From Gemmatimonadales bacterium (GTDB lineage: Bacteria; Gemmatimonadota; Gemmatimonadetes; Gemmatimonadales; JACORV01): a stretch of 35,974 nucleotides of DNA. This document shows positions 10,204 through 18,155 of this stretch, piece after piece; the stretch's first letter is position 1; the number at the start of each line of letters is the position of its first letter. Made by a program: the position numbers and the translations under genes. The notes under the pieces are model-generated. The model saw only the letters and a program-made list of their open reading frames with translations, did no database searches and was not told the origin of the DNA. Where the stretch lies: the NCBI GenBank assembly GCA_035541085.1, contig DATKNX010000076.1:1-35974 (forward strand). The letters run 5' to 3'.

Positions 10204-10805
10204 CAGCGACGCCGCCCCGCTTTGCCGGACCAGCGCGGCACGAGCTCCGCGCCCACACCCAGGTGGTCCAGCACCCGCTGGACGACGAAGTCCACCAGGT
10301 CGGCCACTTCCTTCGGCCGCTGGTAGAACGCCGGAGCAGCCGGGAGCACCGTCGCTCCGGCCTCGGTGACTGCCACCATGTTCCTGAGGTGCACCAGCGA
10401 CAGCGGCGTCTCCCGTGGCACCAGGACCAGACGCCGCCGCTCCTTCAGCACCACGTCCGCGGCCCGTTCGACGAGGCTCCGGCTGTTCCCCGTGGCAACG
10501 CCCGCCAGCGTCGCCATCGAGCAGGGGCAGATCACCATCCCGGCCGTCAGCACGGACCCCGAAGCGGGACGCGCTCCACGGTCGTCGTCCGTGAACAGCT
10601 CGACGCGCCGCCAGGCCTTGCCCACCGCCGCCGCCAGATCTTCAGCCGAGGCGATGCCACACTCCTCGCGGAGCAGCCGCCACCCGTGCGACGACACGAT
10701 CAGCCAGACAGGCGTGGCCGAGCCCGCCAGCACCTGGAGCAGCCTGAGACCGTAGGGAGCACCGGAAGCTCCCGTTATGGCCATGACGACGGGCAGGCGG
10801 CTCAT
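10203..10805 (-). CDS. ubiX: flavin prenyltransferase (UbiX family)
   Basis: Track ORF 10203..10937 trimmed to ATG 10805, which is preceded by AGGAGG. The N-terminus is MSRLPVVMAITGASGAPYGLRLL, typical of UbiX/Pad1. The upstream extension from GTG 10937 is Ala/Pro-rich low complexity. Confidence 0.85.
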   Translation of the reverse strand: MSRLPVVMAITGASGAPYGLRLLQVLAGSATPVWLIVSSHGWRLLREECGIASAEDLAAAVGKAWRRVELFTDDDRGARPASGSVLTAGMVICPCSMATLAGVATGNSRSLVERAADVVLKERRRLVLVPRETPLSLVHLRNMVAVTEAGATVLPAAPAFYQRPKEVADLVDFVVQRVLDHLGVGAELVPRWSGKAGRRR

Positions 10806-10941
10806 CCGCCCCTCCTGTTTGGTGTCGGCCGGCGCACGGGGTGCGGCAACGGGCGGGCCGGACCGGGGCGTCGCGGTGCTCCAGGCCTGCTCTTCCCAGG
10901 CTGGCGCTCTCGTGGCGGCCCCTTGTGCGGCTTGCACGCGC

Positions 10942-11847
10942 TCATCGGAGCACCGCGTCCGCGATGGCTCCAGCCATGACCACGGCCGAGATGATCCCGT
11001 TCATCGAGAAGAACGCGGCGTCGAGCCTGGAGTAGTCGTTCGGGTGCACAAGCCTGTGCTCCCACACCAGCAGCCCGACGGCCAGCGCCACCCCCCCGAA
11101 GTACCACGCACCGAAGCCAGCGGCCAGGCCGAATGCCACCAGCGCGGCGCCGGCCGCGACGTGCAGCACCCTGGCGACGGCGATGGCCCCGGACGGACCG
11201 ATGGCCACCGTCATGGACCGCAGTCCGTGCTCCCGGTCGAAGCGCTCGTCCTGCAGGGAGTACAGCACGTCGAACCCGCCGCCCCAGCAGGTCACCACGA
11301 GCGCGAGGAGCACGATCATCCACCAGGGGTCGCTCCAGGCACCGGTCACGGCCAGGTACCCGCCGACGGGCGCGATCGCCATGCCCAGGCCGAGCCACAA
11401 GTGCGACAGCGACGTGAACCGCTTGCTGTACGAGTAGCCGGTGATCCAGGCCAGGGCGACGGGAGAGAGGGCGAGGCAGAGGGGGTTGAGGAGGCCGGCG
11501 GCGAGCACGAAGAGCGCCGACATCGCCGTCACCAGGAGCCACGCCTCCGCGAGCGACATCCGCCGCGCCGGCAGCTCGCGGCCGGCCGTCCGGGGGTTCA
11601 AGGCGTCCAGGCGCCGGTCGGCGATCCGGTTGAATCCCATCGCCGCGAACCGCGCGGCACCGAACGCCGCCACCACCAGCAGCAGGGTCCGCAGCGTGAC
11701 CGCGCGCTCGTGCGAGGCGGCGCACACGCCGACGATGGCGAAGGGCAGCGAGAAGACGGTGTGGGCGACCTTGACGAAGTTGGCGTAAGCCACGAGCCGG
11801 CCTCCGCCCGAGAGGACCTGCCCGTCCACCCCGCCGGCGGCCGTCAC
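10942..11847 (-). CDS. UbiA-superfamily aromatic prenyltransferase (MqnP/UbiA-like)
   Basis: Within track ORF 10942..12168. GTG 11847 overlaps the upstream stop (GTGA). Asp-rich motifs are NRIADRRLD and DVLYSLQDERFD, and the protein is polytopic and hydrophobic. The start choice is less certain than the gene call. Confidence 0.8.
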   Translation of the reverse strand: MTAAGGVDGQVLSGGGRLVAYANFVKVAHTVFSLPFAIVGVCAASHERAVTLRTLLLVVAAFGAARFAAMGFNRIADRRLDALNPRTAGRELPARRMSLAEAWLLVTAMSALFVLAAGLLNPLCLALSPVALAWITGYSYSKRFTSLSHLWLGLGMAIAPVGGYLAVTGAWSDPWWMIVLLALVVTCWGGGFDVLYSLQDERFDREHGLRSMTVAIGPSGAIAVARVLHVAAGAALVAFGLAAGFGAWYFGGVALAVGLLVWEHRLVHPNDYSRLDAAFFSMNGIISAVVMAGAIADAVLR

Positions 11848-13325
11848 GGCAGACGGATGCCGAGCCGCGCCCACTTCTCGTCGACGGTCTTGCGCGTGGC
11901 CTCGTCCATCACGATCCGATCGGGCCATTCGCGCGCGAATCCCTCTTCCGGCCACTTCCGCGTGGCGTCGATGCCCATCTTGGAGCCGAACGTGAAGCCG
12001 CGGCTCGCGTGATCGAGGACGTCCACCGGCCCCATCGTGAAGTGCACGTCGCGCTCGGGATCGATGTGGTTCAGCGCCACCCACCAGGCTTCGTCCGGAT
12101 CGGCGACGTTCACGTCCGCGTCGAGCACGACGATCACCTTGGCGAGCGACATCAGGCCCTGGCCCCACAGCCCGTTCATCACCTTGAAGGCGTGGCCGGG
12201 ATACTGCTTGCGGATGCCGACGAACACGAGGTTGTGGAAGATGCCGTAGGCCGGCATGTGGTAGTCCACGATCTCCGGCAGCGTGAGCTGCAGCAGGGGG
12301 CGGAAGATCCGCTCCGTGGCGTGGCCGAGGTAGTAGTCCTCCATCGGCGGCCGGCCGACGATCGTGGCCGGGTAGATCGCATCGCGCCGCATGGTGACGG
12401 CGGTGACGTGGACCCGCGGATAGCGGTCGGCCAGCGAGTAGAAGCCGGTGTGGTCGCCGAACGGCCCCTCGACGACCAGCTCCTCCGCCGGGTCGATGTA
12501 GCCCTCGATGACGATCTCCGCCTCGGCCGGCACCTCGAGGTCGCAGGTCACCGCCTGCACCAGGCGGACCGGCGAGCGCCGCAGGAATCCGGCGAAGAGG
12601 AACTCGTCCACCGCCGGCGGCAGGGGCGCCGAGGCGGCGTACATCGAGGCCGGATCGCCTCCCAGGGCGATCGCCACCGGCATCCGCTCCCCGCGCTCGG
12701 CCATCGCCCGCCAGTGGGCCGCGCCCACCTTGTGCCGCTGCCAGTGCATCGCCAGCTCCCGCCGGCCCTGCACCTGGATCCGGTAGAGTCCCACGTTCCG
12801 TGCTCCCGTGGCCGGATCCCGCGTGATGACCATCGGCAGCGTCAGGTACGGGCCCCCGTCACCGGGCCAGCACACCAGGTGCGGCAACTCCCGGACATCC
12901 AGGTCGGCCTCCCGGAGCACGACTGTCTGACACGGGCCCTCACCGGAGACCTTCCGCGGGGGCATCTTCGCCAATTCCGCCAGCTTCGGGAGCAGGGCCA
13001 GCTTCCCTGCGACACCGTCCGGAGCTTCGGTCTTCAGCAGCTCGGTGATCCGTGCTCCCACGGCGTCCAGGCTGGGCGTCTCGAGAGCCATCTCCATGCG
13101 CCGGAGTGACCCAAACAGGTTGATGGCGACCGGGAAGCGGCTCGGCGCGCCCCCTGGGAGCACCGGGCGCTCGAACAGCAGGGCCGGACCGCCTCCCGGG
13201 CTCTTCATGCACCGGTCGGCGATCTCCGTGATCTCCCGGTCCACGGATACGCTCTCGCGCACCCGCACCAGCTCGCCTGCCTCGTCCAACGCGGCGATGA
13301 AGTCGCGCAGGTTCTCGAGGCTCAT
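11844..13325 (-). CDS. UbiD-family (prFMN-dependent) decarboxylase
   Basis: C-terminal 493 codons of track ORF 11844..14714. ATG 13325 overlaps the upstream stop (ATGA). The N-terminus is MSLENLRDFIAALDEAGELVRV, with UbiD-type sequence throughout (GPYLTLPMVITRDP, FGDHTGFY). Confidence 0.85.
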   Translation of the reverse strand: MSLENLRDFIAALDEAGELVRVRESVSVDREITEIADRCMKSPGGGPALLFERPVLPGGAPSRFPVAINLFGSLRRMEMALETPSLDAVGARITELLKTEAPDGVAGKLALLPKLAELAKMPPRKVSGEGPCQTVVLREADLDVRELPHLVCWPGDGGPYLTLPMVITRDPATGARNVGLYRIQVQGRRELAMHWQRHKVGAAHWRAMAERGERMPVAIALGGDPASMYAASAPLPPAVDEFLFAGFLRRSPVRLVQAVTCDLEVPAEAEIVIEGYIDPAEELVVEGPFGDHTGFYSLADRYPRVHVTAVTMRRDAIYPATIVGRPPMEDYYLGHATERIFRPLLQLTLPEIVDYHMPAYGIFHNLVFVGIRKQYPGHAFKVMNGLWGQGLMSLAKVIVVLDADVNVADPDEAWWVALNHIDPERDVHFTMGPVDVLDHASRGFTFGSKMGIDATRKWPEEGFAREWPDRIVMDEATRKTVDEKWARLGIRLP

Positions 13326-14050
13326 CGCGTCCCCCAGTGGATGGCGGCGATGCCGCCGGTGAGAAGTCGGAAGCCGCAGTCCTTGAGACCCGCGCCCCCC
13401 ATGCGCCCGGCCAGCGCGTCCGGCGCCGGAAACTGCTCCACCGAGGCCGGAAGGTAGGCGTACGCGGTCGGGTGGCCGGAAACCAGGCGCCCCACGAGCG
13501 GCAGGATCCGGCGGAAGTAGAGCAGGTAGGCGGCGCGCACCGCCGCCCGGGGCGGCGTCGTGAAGTCGAGGATCACGAGGCGGGCACCCGGGCGCAGCAC
13601 CCGGGCCAGCTCTCGAAGGCCGGCATCCACGTCGTCCAGGTTGCGCAGGCCGAAGCCCACGGTGGCGCCGTCGAACGTCCCGTCCCGGAACGGCAATCCG
13701 AGGGTGTCGGCCGCGGCCGCGCGGATGGGCCGACCCCGCACCTTGGCCGCGCCCAGGCGCAGCATCGGCCGCGCGAAATCGGCGCCCACCACGGTGCCGG
13801 CGAAGGCGGCCCGCCCAGCCAGCTCGGCCGCGAGGTCCAGCGTCCCCCCGCAGGCGTCCAGGAACACGCCCCCCGCCCTCGCCTCCCAGCCGAGGCGGTC
13901 CACGGCCTGACGGCGCCACCCGCGGTCGACGTTGAGCGAGAGGAGGTGGTTCAGCAGGTCGTAGCGCGGCGCGATGTCGGCGAACATCTCGCGCACGTAG
14001 CGACGCTTGTCGGATGGGGCCTCGGGCGGCGCGGGCGGAGCCAACGTCAT
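13322..14050 (-). CDS. ubiE: demethylmenaquinone/ubiquinone C-methyltransferase (UbiE/MenG family)
   Basis: Within track ORF 13322..14284, trimmed to ATG 14050 (MTLAPP...). It carries the family motif FADIAPRYDLLNHLLSLN and the SAM-binding motif LDACGGTLD. Confidence 0.85.
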   Translation of the reverse strand: MTLAPPAPPEAPSDKRRYVREMFADIAPRYDLLNHLLSLNVDRGWRRQAVDRLGWEARAGGVFLDACGGTLDLAAELAGRAAFAGTVVGADFARPMLRLGAAKVRGRPIRAAAADTLGLPFRDGTFDGATVGFGLRNLDDVDAGLRELARVLRPGARLVILDFTTPPRAAVRAAYLLYFRRILPLVGRLVSGHPTAYAYLPASVEQFPAPDALAGRMGGAGLKDCGFRLLTGGIAAIHWGTR

Positions 14051-14099
14051 CGGCCGGCAGTCGGGCGGAGCGGCATCGGAAGCGTAGATTACCCCCCCC

Positions 14100-14702
14100 A
14101 TGCCGACGGCGAAAGACCTCCAGGCGCTTGGCGACCGGGAGGTCGTGGAGCTGGCGAAGGCCGGCAAGGAAGCGGCGTACCGCGAGTTGCTCAGGCGGTA
14201 CGAGCGGCCCGTCTTCTCGCTCATTTTCCGCATGGTGCGCGACCGCGCCCTCGCCGAGGACCTGGCGCAGGAGACCTTCATCAAGGTCCTGAACGCGCTG
14301 GAGAGCTACCGCCCCGAGTACAAGTTCTCCTCGTGGATCTTCAAGATCGCGAACAACGCCGCCATCGATCAGCTCCGGCGCCGCGACCTCGACACGCTCT
14401 CGCTCGACGGCGCGCCGGACGCGCGCACCGCGGACGAGGTCGAGGCCACCGCGCTCCAAGCCGCCGACCGCTCGGAGTCGCCCCTCCAGGAACTGGAGTC
14501 GCGCGAGACCGGCAGCGCCATCGAGCGCGCCATCGGCCGCCTCAGGCCGGAGTACCGCACCTGCATCCTGCTCAGGCACGTGGAAGGCCGGTCGTACGAG
14601 GAAATCGCCGAAGTGATGGACCTGCCCCTGGGAACCGTGAAGACCTACATCCACCGCGCCAGGATCGAGCTGCGGGAGTACCTGGCCGACTTGAGGACCT
14701 GA
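14100..14702 (+). CDS. ECF (group 4) sigma-70 family RNA polymerase sigma factor
   Basis: Track ORF 14100..14702. Region 2 reads DLAQETFIKV...FSSWIFKIANNAAID. The region 4 helix-turn-helix reads SYEEIAEVMDLPLGTVKTYIHRAR. Confidence 0.9.
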   Translation: MPTAKDLQALGDREVVELAKAGKEAAYRELLRRYERPVFSLIFRMVRDRALAEDLAQETFIKVLNALESYRPEYKFSSWIFKIANNAAIDQLRRRDLDTLSLDGAPDARTADEVEATALQAADRSESPLQELESRETGSAIERAIGRLRPEYRTCILLRHVEGRSYEEIAEVMDLPLGTVKTYIHRARIELREYLADLRT

Positions 14703-14756
14703 AACCGCCACCACCCCTGTCCCGTAAGGGGTGTAGCGAGGGAGGTAAGTGGCCTG

Positions 14757-15272
14757 ATGGACAAGCAGTTAGACCATTCGGAGCTGGACGCGCTCGTTCT
14801 GCGCGAATTGTCCAGTCTGCCGAGTCTCACCCCCAGCCGGAGCTTCGAGGACCGCGTGATGGCGCGGGTGATCCTCCCGAGGCCGGCGGCGGTGGTGCTG
14901 CTGCAGCGCGCCGGCGCGTGGGCCATCCAGCCCCGCCGCGCCGTCGCCCTCGCGACGGCGTACGCCGCCTGCGTGGTCCTCACGGTCCTGCTCGCCGCCC
15001 CGTGGGTCGCGGCGCACGCCTCGGTGGCCACGCTGGGCGCATCGTGGCTGGCGGCCCAGGCGAGCCGCTGGCTCGACGCGACCGCGCTGTCGGTCGCGGC
15101 CTGGGCCGTGCGCTCGGGCCTGGTCTCGGCCCTGCGCTCGGCGGCCGGCAACGGCCTCAGGCCCTGGCTCCTGCTCGCGACGATCGCCGTCGGCTACGCC
15201 GCGAGCGGCTACGGCATGCACGTCCTGCTCAAGGCGCCCCGGAGGAGCGATGCACTCGCTGACACGCTCTAG
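14757..15272 (+). CDS. hypothetical membrane protein, candidate anti-sigma factor by position only
   Basis: Track ORF 14757..15272, preceded by GAGGGAGG. It lies directly downstream of the ECF sigma gene and has several hydrophobic helices. No HxxxCxxC zinc anti-sigma motif is present. Confidence 0.5.
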   Translation: MDKQLDHSELDALVLRELSSLPSLTPSRSFEDRVMARVILPRPAAVVLLQRAGAWAIQPRRAVALATAYAACVVLTVLLAAPWVAAHASVATLGASWLAAQASRWLDATALSVAAWAVRSGLVSALRSAAGNGLRPWLLLATIAVGYAASGYGMHVLLKAPRRSDALADTL

Positions 15273-16512
15273 TCTCCTCGCGCTGGCGCTGGCCGTGGGC
15301 GGCACGGAGGCGGCCGTGGCGTTCCCCGGCTTCCACGTGCAGCGCGACGGCGCCTCGCGGCTCGCCGAAGGTCTCCGGTTCCTCGAGCGCGTGCTGCACG
15401 TCCAGCAGCGCCCGGACCAGGTGACCTCGGCCACGATCTCCGTCGGCACGCACGACGCGATGCTGGAGCTGGACCTCGCGTCCGGCGCCTCGCGCGTCGT
15501 GGACCTCAAGGCCGGCGCGCTGTATCTCGACGGGCGCCAGGCTGGCTCGTACGCGGTCGGCGGCCCGCTGGAGCGCTCGTGGCGGCGGCTCCTGGCCGAC
15601 GCCGGCTCCCTGGACACGCCGCACCTGCTGGCGGCCGTCCGGGAGTGGCGCGTCGAGGGCCTGGCGGGCAGCGATCTCGCGATGCAGCAGCGCATCGAGG
15701 CCCAGCTCGCGCCCCTGATGCCGGCCGCGCCGGTCCCGCCGCCCGCGCTGGGCGTCGCGCCGGCGGCCGAGTCGGTGACGCAGCCCGCGGCTCCGGCCGC
15801 GGCCGTCGCCGCACCGCAGGTGGCCGCACCGGCCTCGCCGGCACCTGCCGTGCCGTCGGCCGTCCAGACGCTGTTCGCCGACGTGAAGAACGTGGTCGCG
15901 ATGTTCGTCGCGCTGGCGATGATCGGGTTCGGCATGGTGTTCTTCGCCCGGCGCTACGTAGAGGTCGTGGCCGACACCGCGTCGGGGGCCTTCGGGCGCT
16001 CGCTCGTGGTGGGCCTGCTCGGGCAGCTGCTCGTCCTGCCGACGCTGGCCATGCTCATCGTCGGGCTCATCTTCACGATCGTCGGCATCCTCCTCCTGCC
16101 CTTCGCCATCATCGCCTTCGTCATCGCCGTGTGCGCCGCCGCGCTGGGCGGCTACCTGGCGGTGGCGCACGCCGTCGGCGAAACGGTCAGCCGGCGGCGG
16201 ATGGCCAACGGTGCGTTCGTGCGGAGCCCGAACGCCTACGGCTACCTGTTCACCGGCCTGGTGGGGTTGCTGGGCCCGTGGGCCGCCGTGGCGCTCTTCA
16301 GCTGGGCGGGGCCGGTGGTCTACGTGCTCACCGCGGCGGCGTTCGTGGCGACGTGGCTCGCGGCCACGGTGGGCTTCGGCGCCGTGCTGCTCTCCCGCGC
16401 GGGGCTCAGGGACGCGTTCACGGGCCGCCACATGGGCGACCAGTCGGGCGAGTACCTCTGGACGACGCCGCCGGCGACGCCGGCCGCACCGGGGCGCGGG
16501 CGATCCGCGTGA
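15250..16512 (+). CDS. hypothetical envelope protein: signal peptide, about 190-aa extracytoplasmic domain, Pro/Ala-rich linker, polytopic C-terminal membrane domain
   Basis: Track ORF 15250..16512, overlapping the upstream gene by 23 nt. The N-terminus SLLALALAVGGTEAAVA is signal-like. The linker reads PAAPVPPPALGVAPAAE...PAPAVPSA. About 6 hydrophobic helices follow. I recognise no family. Confidence 0.6.
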   Translation: MHSLTRSSLLALALAVGGTEAAVAFPGFHVQRDGASRLAEGLRFLERVLHVQQRPDQVTSATISVGTHDAMLELDLASGASRVVDLKAGALYLDGRQAGSYAVGGPLERSWRRLLADAGSLDTPHLLAAVREWRVEGLAGSDLAMQQRIEAQLAPLMPAAPVPPPALGVAPAAESVTQPAAPAAAVAAPQVAAPASPAPAVPSAVQTLFADVKNVVAMFVALAMIGFGMVFFARRYVEVVADTASGAFGRSLVVGLLGQLLVLPTLAMLIVGLIFTIVGILLLPFAIIAFVIAVCAAALGGYLAVAHAVGETVSRRRMANGAFVRSPNAYGYLFTGLVGLLGPWAAVALFSWAGPVVYVLTAAAFVATWLAATVGFGAVLLSRAGLRDAFTGRHMGDQSGEYLWTTPPATPAAPGRGRSA

Positions 16513-17363
16513 GGCGCGGGCTGGCCCTGGGCACCGCGCTCGCGGCGCTGCTGGCGGTCCAGGTCGCCCGCGCGCAGGACCTCCGCACGCTCAGCTCCTC
16601 GCGCGAGCTGCACGGCGAATCGGCGCTCACCGCGGACGTGACCTACGCGGCAGGGCGCTTCCACCTCGGCGCCGCCGCCCCGGGCACGCTGTACCGGATG
16701 GTGATGCGGTACGACGAGGCGAAGTTCGTCCCGATCCGCGACTACGATCCGGCGACCGGCGTCCTGCGCCTCGGCCTCAAGACGATCGGCCACGTCTCGC
16801 TCGGCTCCGGCGACGAGGACACCGTGCCCTCGCTCGACCTCGCGGTCGCGCCGGGCGTGCCCCTGACGCTCCGCGTGGACCTCGGTGCGGCCGAGGCGGA
16901 CGCCGATTTCGGGGGCCTCGCCCTCCACAGCCTGAGCTACAAGACCGGCGCCTCCAAGTCGGACCTCCGCTTCAGCCGCCCGAACGGCGTGGCGTGCGAC
17001 TCGCTGGCCCTGGAGGCGGGGGCGGCGCAGCTGGCGGTTTCGAGCCTCGGCAACGCCAACTGCCGGCGCCTGAGGGTGGACGGGGGCGTCGGCGCCCTCA
17101 CGCTCGATTTCAGCGGCGCCTGGCGCAGCCCGATGGACGCCGAGGTCCACCTGGCCCTCGGCTCGCTCAAGCTCGAGCTGCCGCGCGGCCTGGGCGTCTC
17201 GATCTCGCTGGACCGTTTCCTGGCGTCGTTCGAGCAGAGCGGATTCACGAAGCGGGGCGACGTGTACTACTCGGACGGCTACGACGCTGCCCGCGCGCAC
17301 CTGGACCTGCGGGTGGAGTCGGCGTTCGGCGGCGTGCAGGTGGTCTGGCTCGACTCGCGCTGA
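16509..17363 (+). CDS. secreted beta-rich protein resembling LiaF-C-terminal / toast-rack (DUF2154/DUF4097-like) domains
   Basis: In frame within track ORF 15579..17363. GTG 16509 overlaps the upstream stop (GTGA). The signal peptide is LALGTALAALLAVQVARAQ. Short alternating strand motifs repeat (LTLRVDLGAAEADADF, LALEAGAAQLAVS, LRVDGGVGALTLDF, LKLELPRGLGVSISL). Confidence 0.55.
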   Translation: MRRGLALGTALAALLAVQVARAQDLRTLSSSRELHGESALTADVTYAAGRFHLGAAAPGTLYRMVMRYDEAKFVPIRDYDPATGVLRLGLKTIGHVSLGSGDEDTVPSLDLAVAPGVPLTLRVDLGAAEADADFGGLALHSLSYKTGASKSDLRFSRPNGVACDSLALEAGAAQLAVSSLGNANCRRLRVDGGVGALTLDFSGAWRSPMDAEVHLALGSLKLELPRGLGVSISLDRFLASFEQSGFTKRGDVYYSDGYDAARAHLDLRVESAFGGVQVVWLDSR

Positions 17364-17375
17364 AACGTCGGCGAG

Positions 17376-17390
17376 TCCGGGCGGCCCGGA
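17376..17390. terminator. small GC hairpin between convergent genes (possible bidirectional terminator)
   Basis: TCCGGG-cgg-CCCGGA, a 6-bp stem with a 3-nt loop, sits in the 27-nt gap between the convergent stops at 17363 and 17391. There is no U-tract. Confidence 0.3.
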
Positions 17391-18155
17391 TCAGCCGCGC
17401 CGGCCCCCGCTGACCCGCACTTCCGCACCACGTCCGTAGCCCAGCACCGCGTCAGCCCGACCGTCGCGCACCGCGATTTCCAGCGTTCCACCCGATCCGA
17501 CGAAGGCGACCGGGCTCCCGCCGGGCACCTCGCCGAACGTCGCGTGCAGCGGAACGAGGTGCCGCCCGAGGCGGACCTCCGCCCCGGCGTGGCAGGCGCT
17601 CGCCGGCAGGTTCGTGACCAGCGTGCCGAACCGGTCCACGTGGACTACCTGCCCGACCGTATCGGCACCTTCCGTGTGGGGGCGCCGCGGCGGCAGGTGC
17701 ACCAGGTCCCGCACCGGCGAGCCCAGGTCGGCCAGCGCCGCGCCGAGGGCGAGGCGGGCCGCGGCCGGCGCGAACACGTCGCGGCCGTGGAAGGTGCGGC
17801 TCGCCCCCCCGGGCACCGCCAGGCTCACCACCTCCGCGTGCGCCGCCGCGAACACCTCGCTCAGGAGGCCGTTGTCGGGGGCGACGAAGCGGTGCCCGGC
17901 CGCGTCGACGGCGAGGGCGCGCCGCGTCGTGCCGACGCCGGGATCCACGACCGCCAGGTGCACCGTGCCGGCCGGAAACTCCCGCCAGGCGCGGCCGAGC
18001 ACGTAGCTCGCGGCCGCGACGTCGCCCGGCGCGATGTCGTGGCTCAGGTCCACCAGCGTGGCCGCGGGGACGAGCGAGAGCAGCCGGCCCTTCACCTCGC
18101 CGACGTAGCTGTCGGAGGATCCGAAATCCGTGAGGAGCGTGACGAGCGGGCTCAC
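17391..18155 (-). CDS. SAM hydroxide adenosyltransferase / SAM hydrolase (DUF62, fluorinase-chlorinase-related family)
   Basis: C-terminal 254 codons of track ORF 17391..19301. GTG 18155 overlaps the MATE stop (GTGA). Motifs are LLTDFGSSDSYVGEVKG, VVDPGVGT, APDNGLL and FHGRDVFAP. Confidence 0.8.
   Translation of the reverse strand: MSPLVTLLTDFGSSDSYVGEVKGRLLSLVPAATLVDLSHDIAPGDVAAASYVLGRAWREFPAGTVHLAVVDPGVGTTRRALAVDAAGHRFVAPDNGLLSEVFAAAHAEVVSLAVPGGASRTFHGRDVFAPAAARLALGAALADLGSPVRDLVHLPPRRPHTEGADTVGQVVHVDRFGTLVTNLPASACHAGAEVRLGRHLVPLHATFGEVPGGSPVAFVGSGGTLEIAVRDGRADAVLGYGRGAEVRVSGGRRG

Noticed and set aside
10806-10941. The 136-nt spacer before ubiX as an FMN or other riboswitch, or as coding sequence via GTG 10937.
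   Set aside because: I cannot recognise any conserved riboswitch core (RFN-type motifs are absent). The GTG-10937 extension is Ala/Pro-rich and precedes a strong AGGAGG + ATG at 10805. It is left as an unexplained spacer.
14092-14099. C8 homopolymer directly upstream of the ECF sigma ATG as a phase-variation (slipped-strand) tract.
   Set aside because: It is the longest homopolymer I noticed. However, a single 8-mer in very GC-rich DNA is weak evidence. It lies outside the coding frame, and only population or long-read length heterogeneity could support the idea.
11844-14714. 956-aa ORF that could be read as a giant fusion protein.
   Set aside because: Only the last 493 codons (from ATG 13325) are UbiD-like. 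The upstream part is an open out-of-frame read across ubiE and antisense to the sigma gene. ubiE in its own frame ends with an ATGA overlap at 13322-13325.
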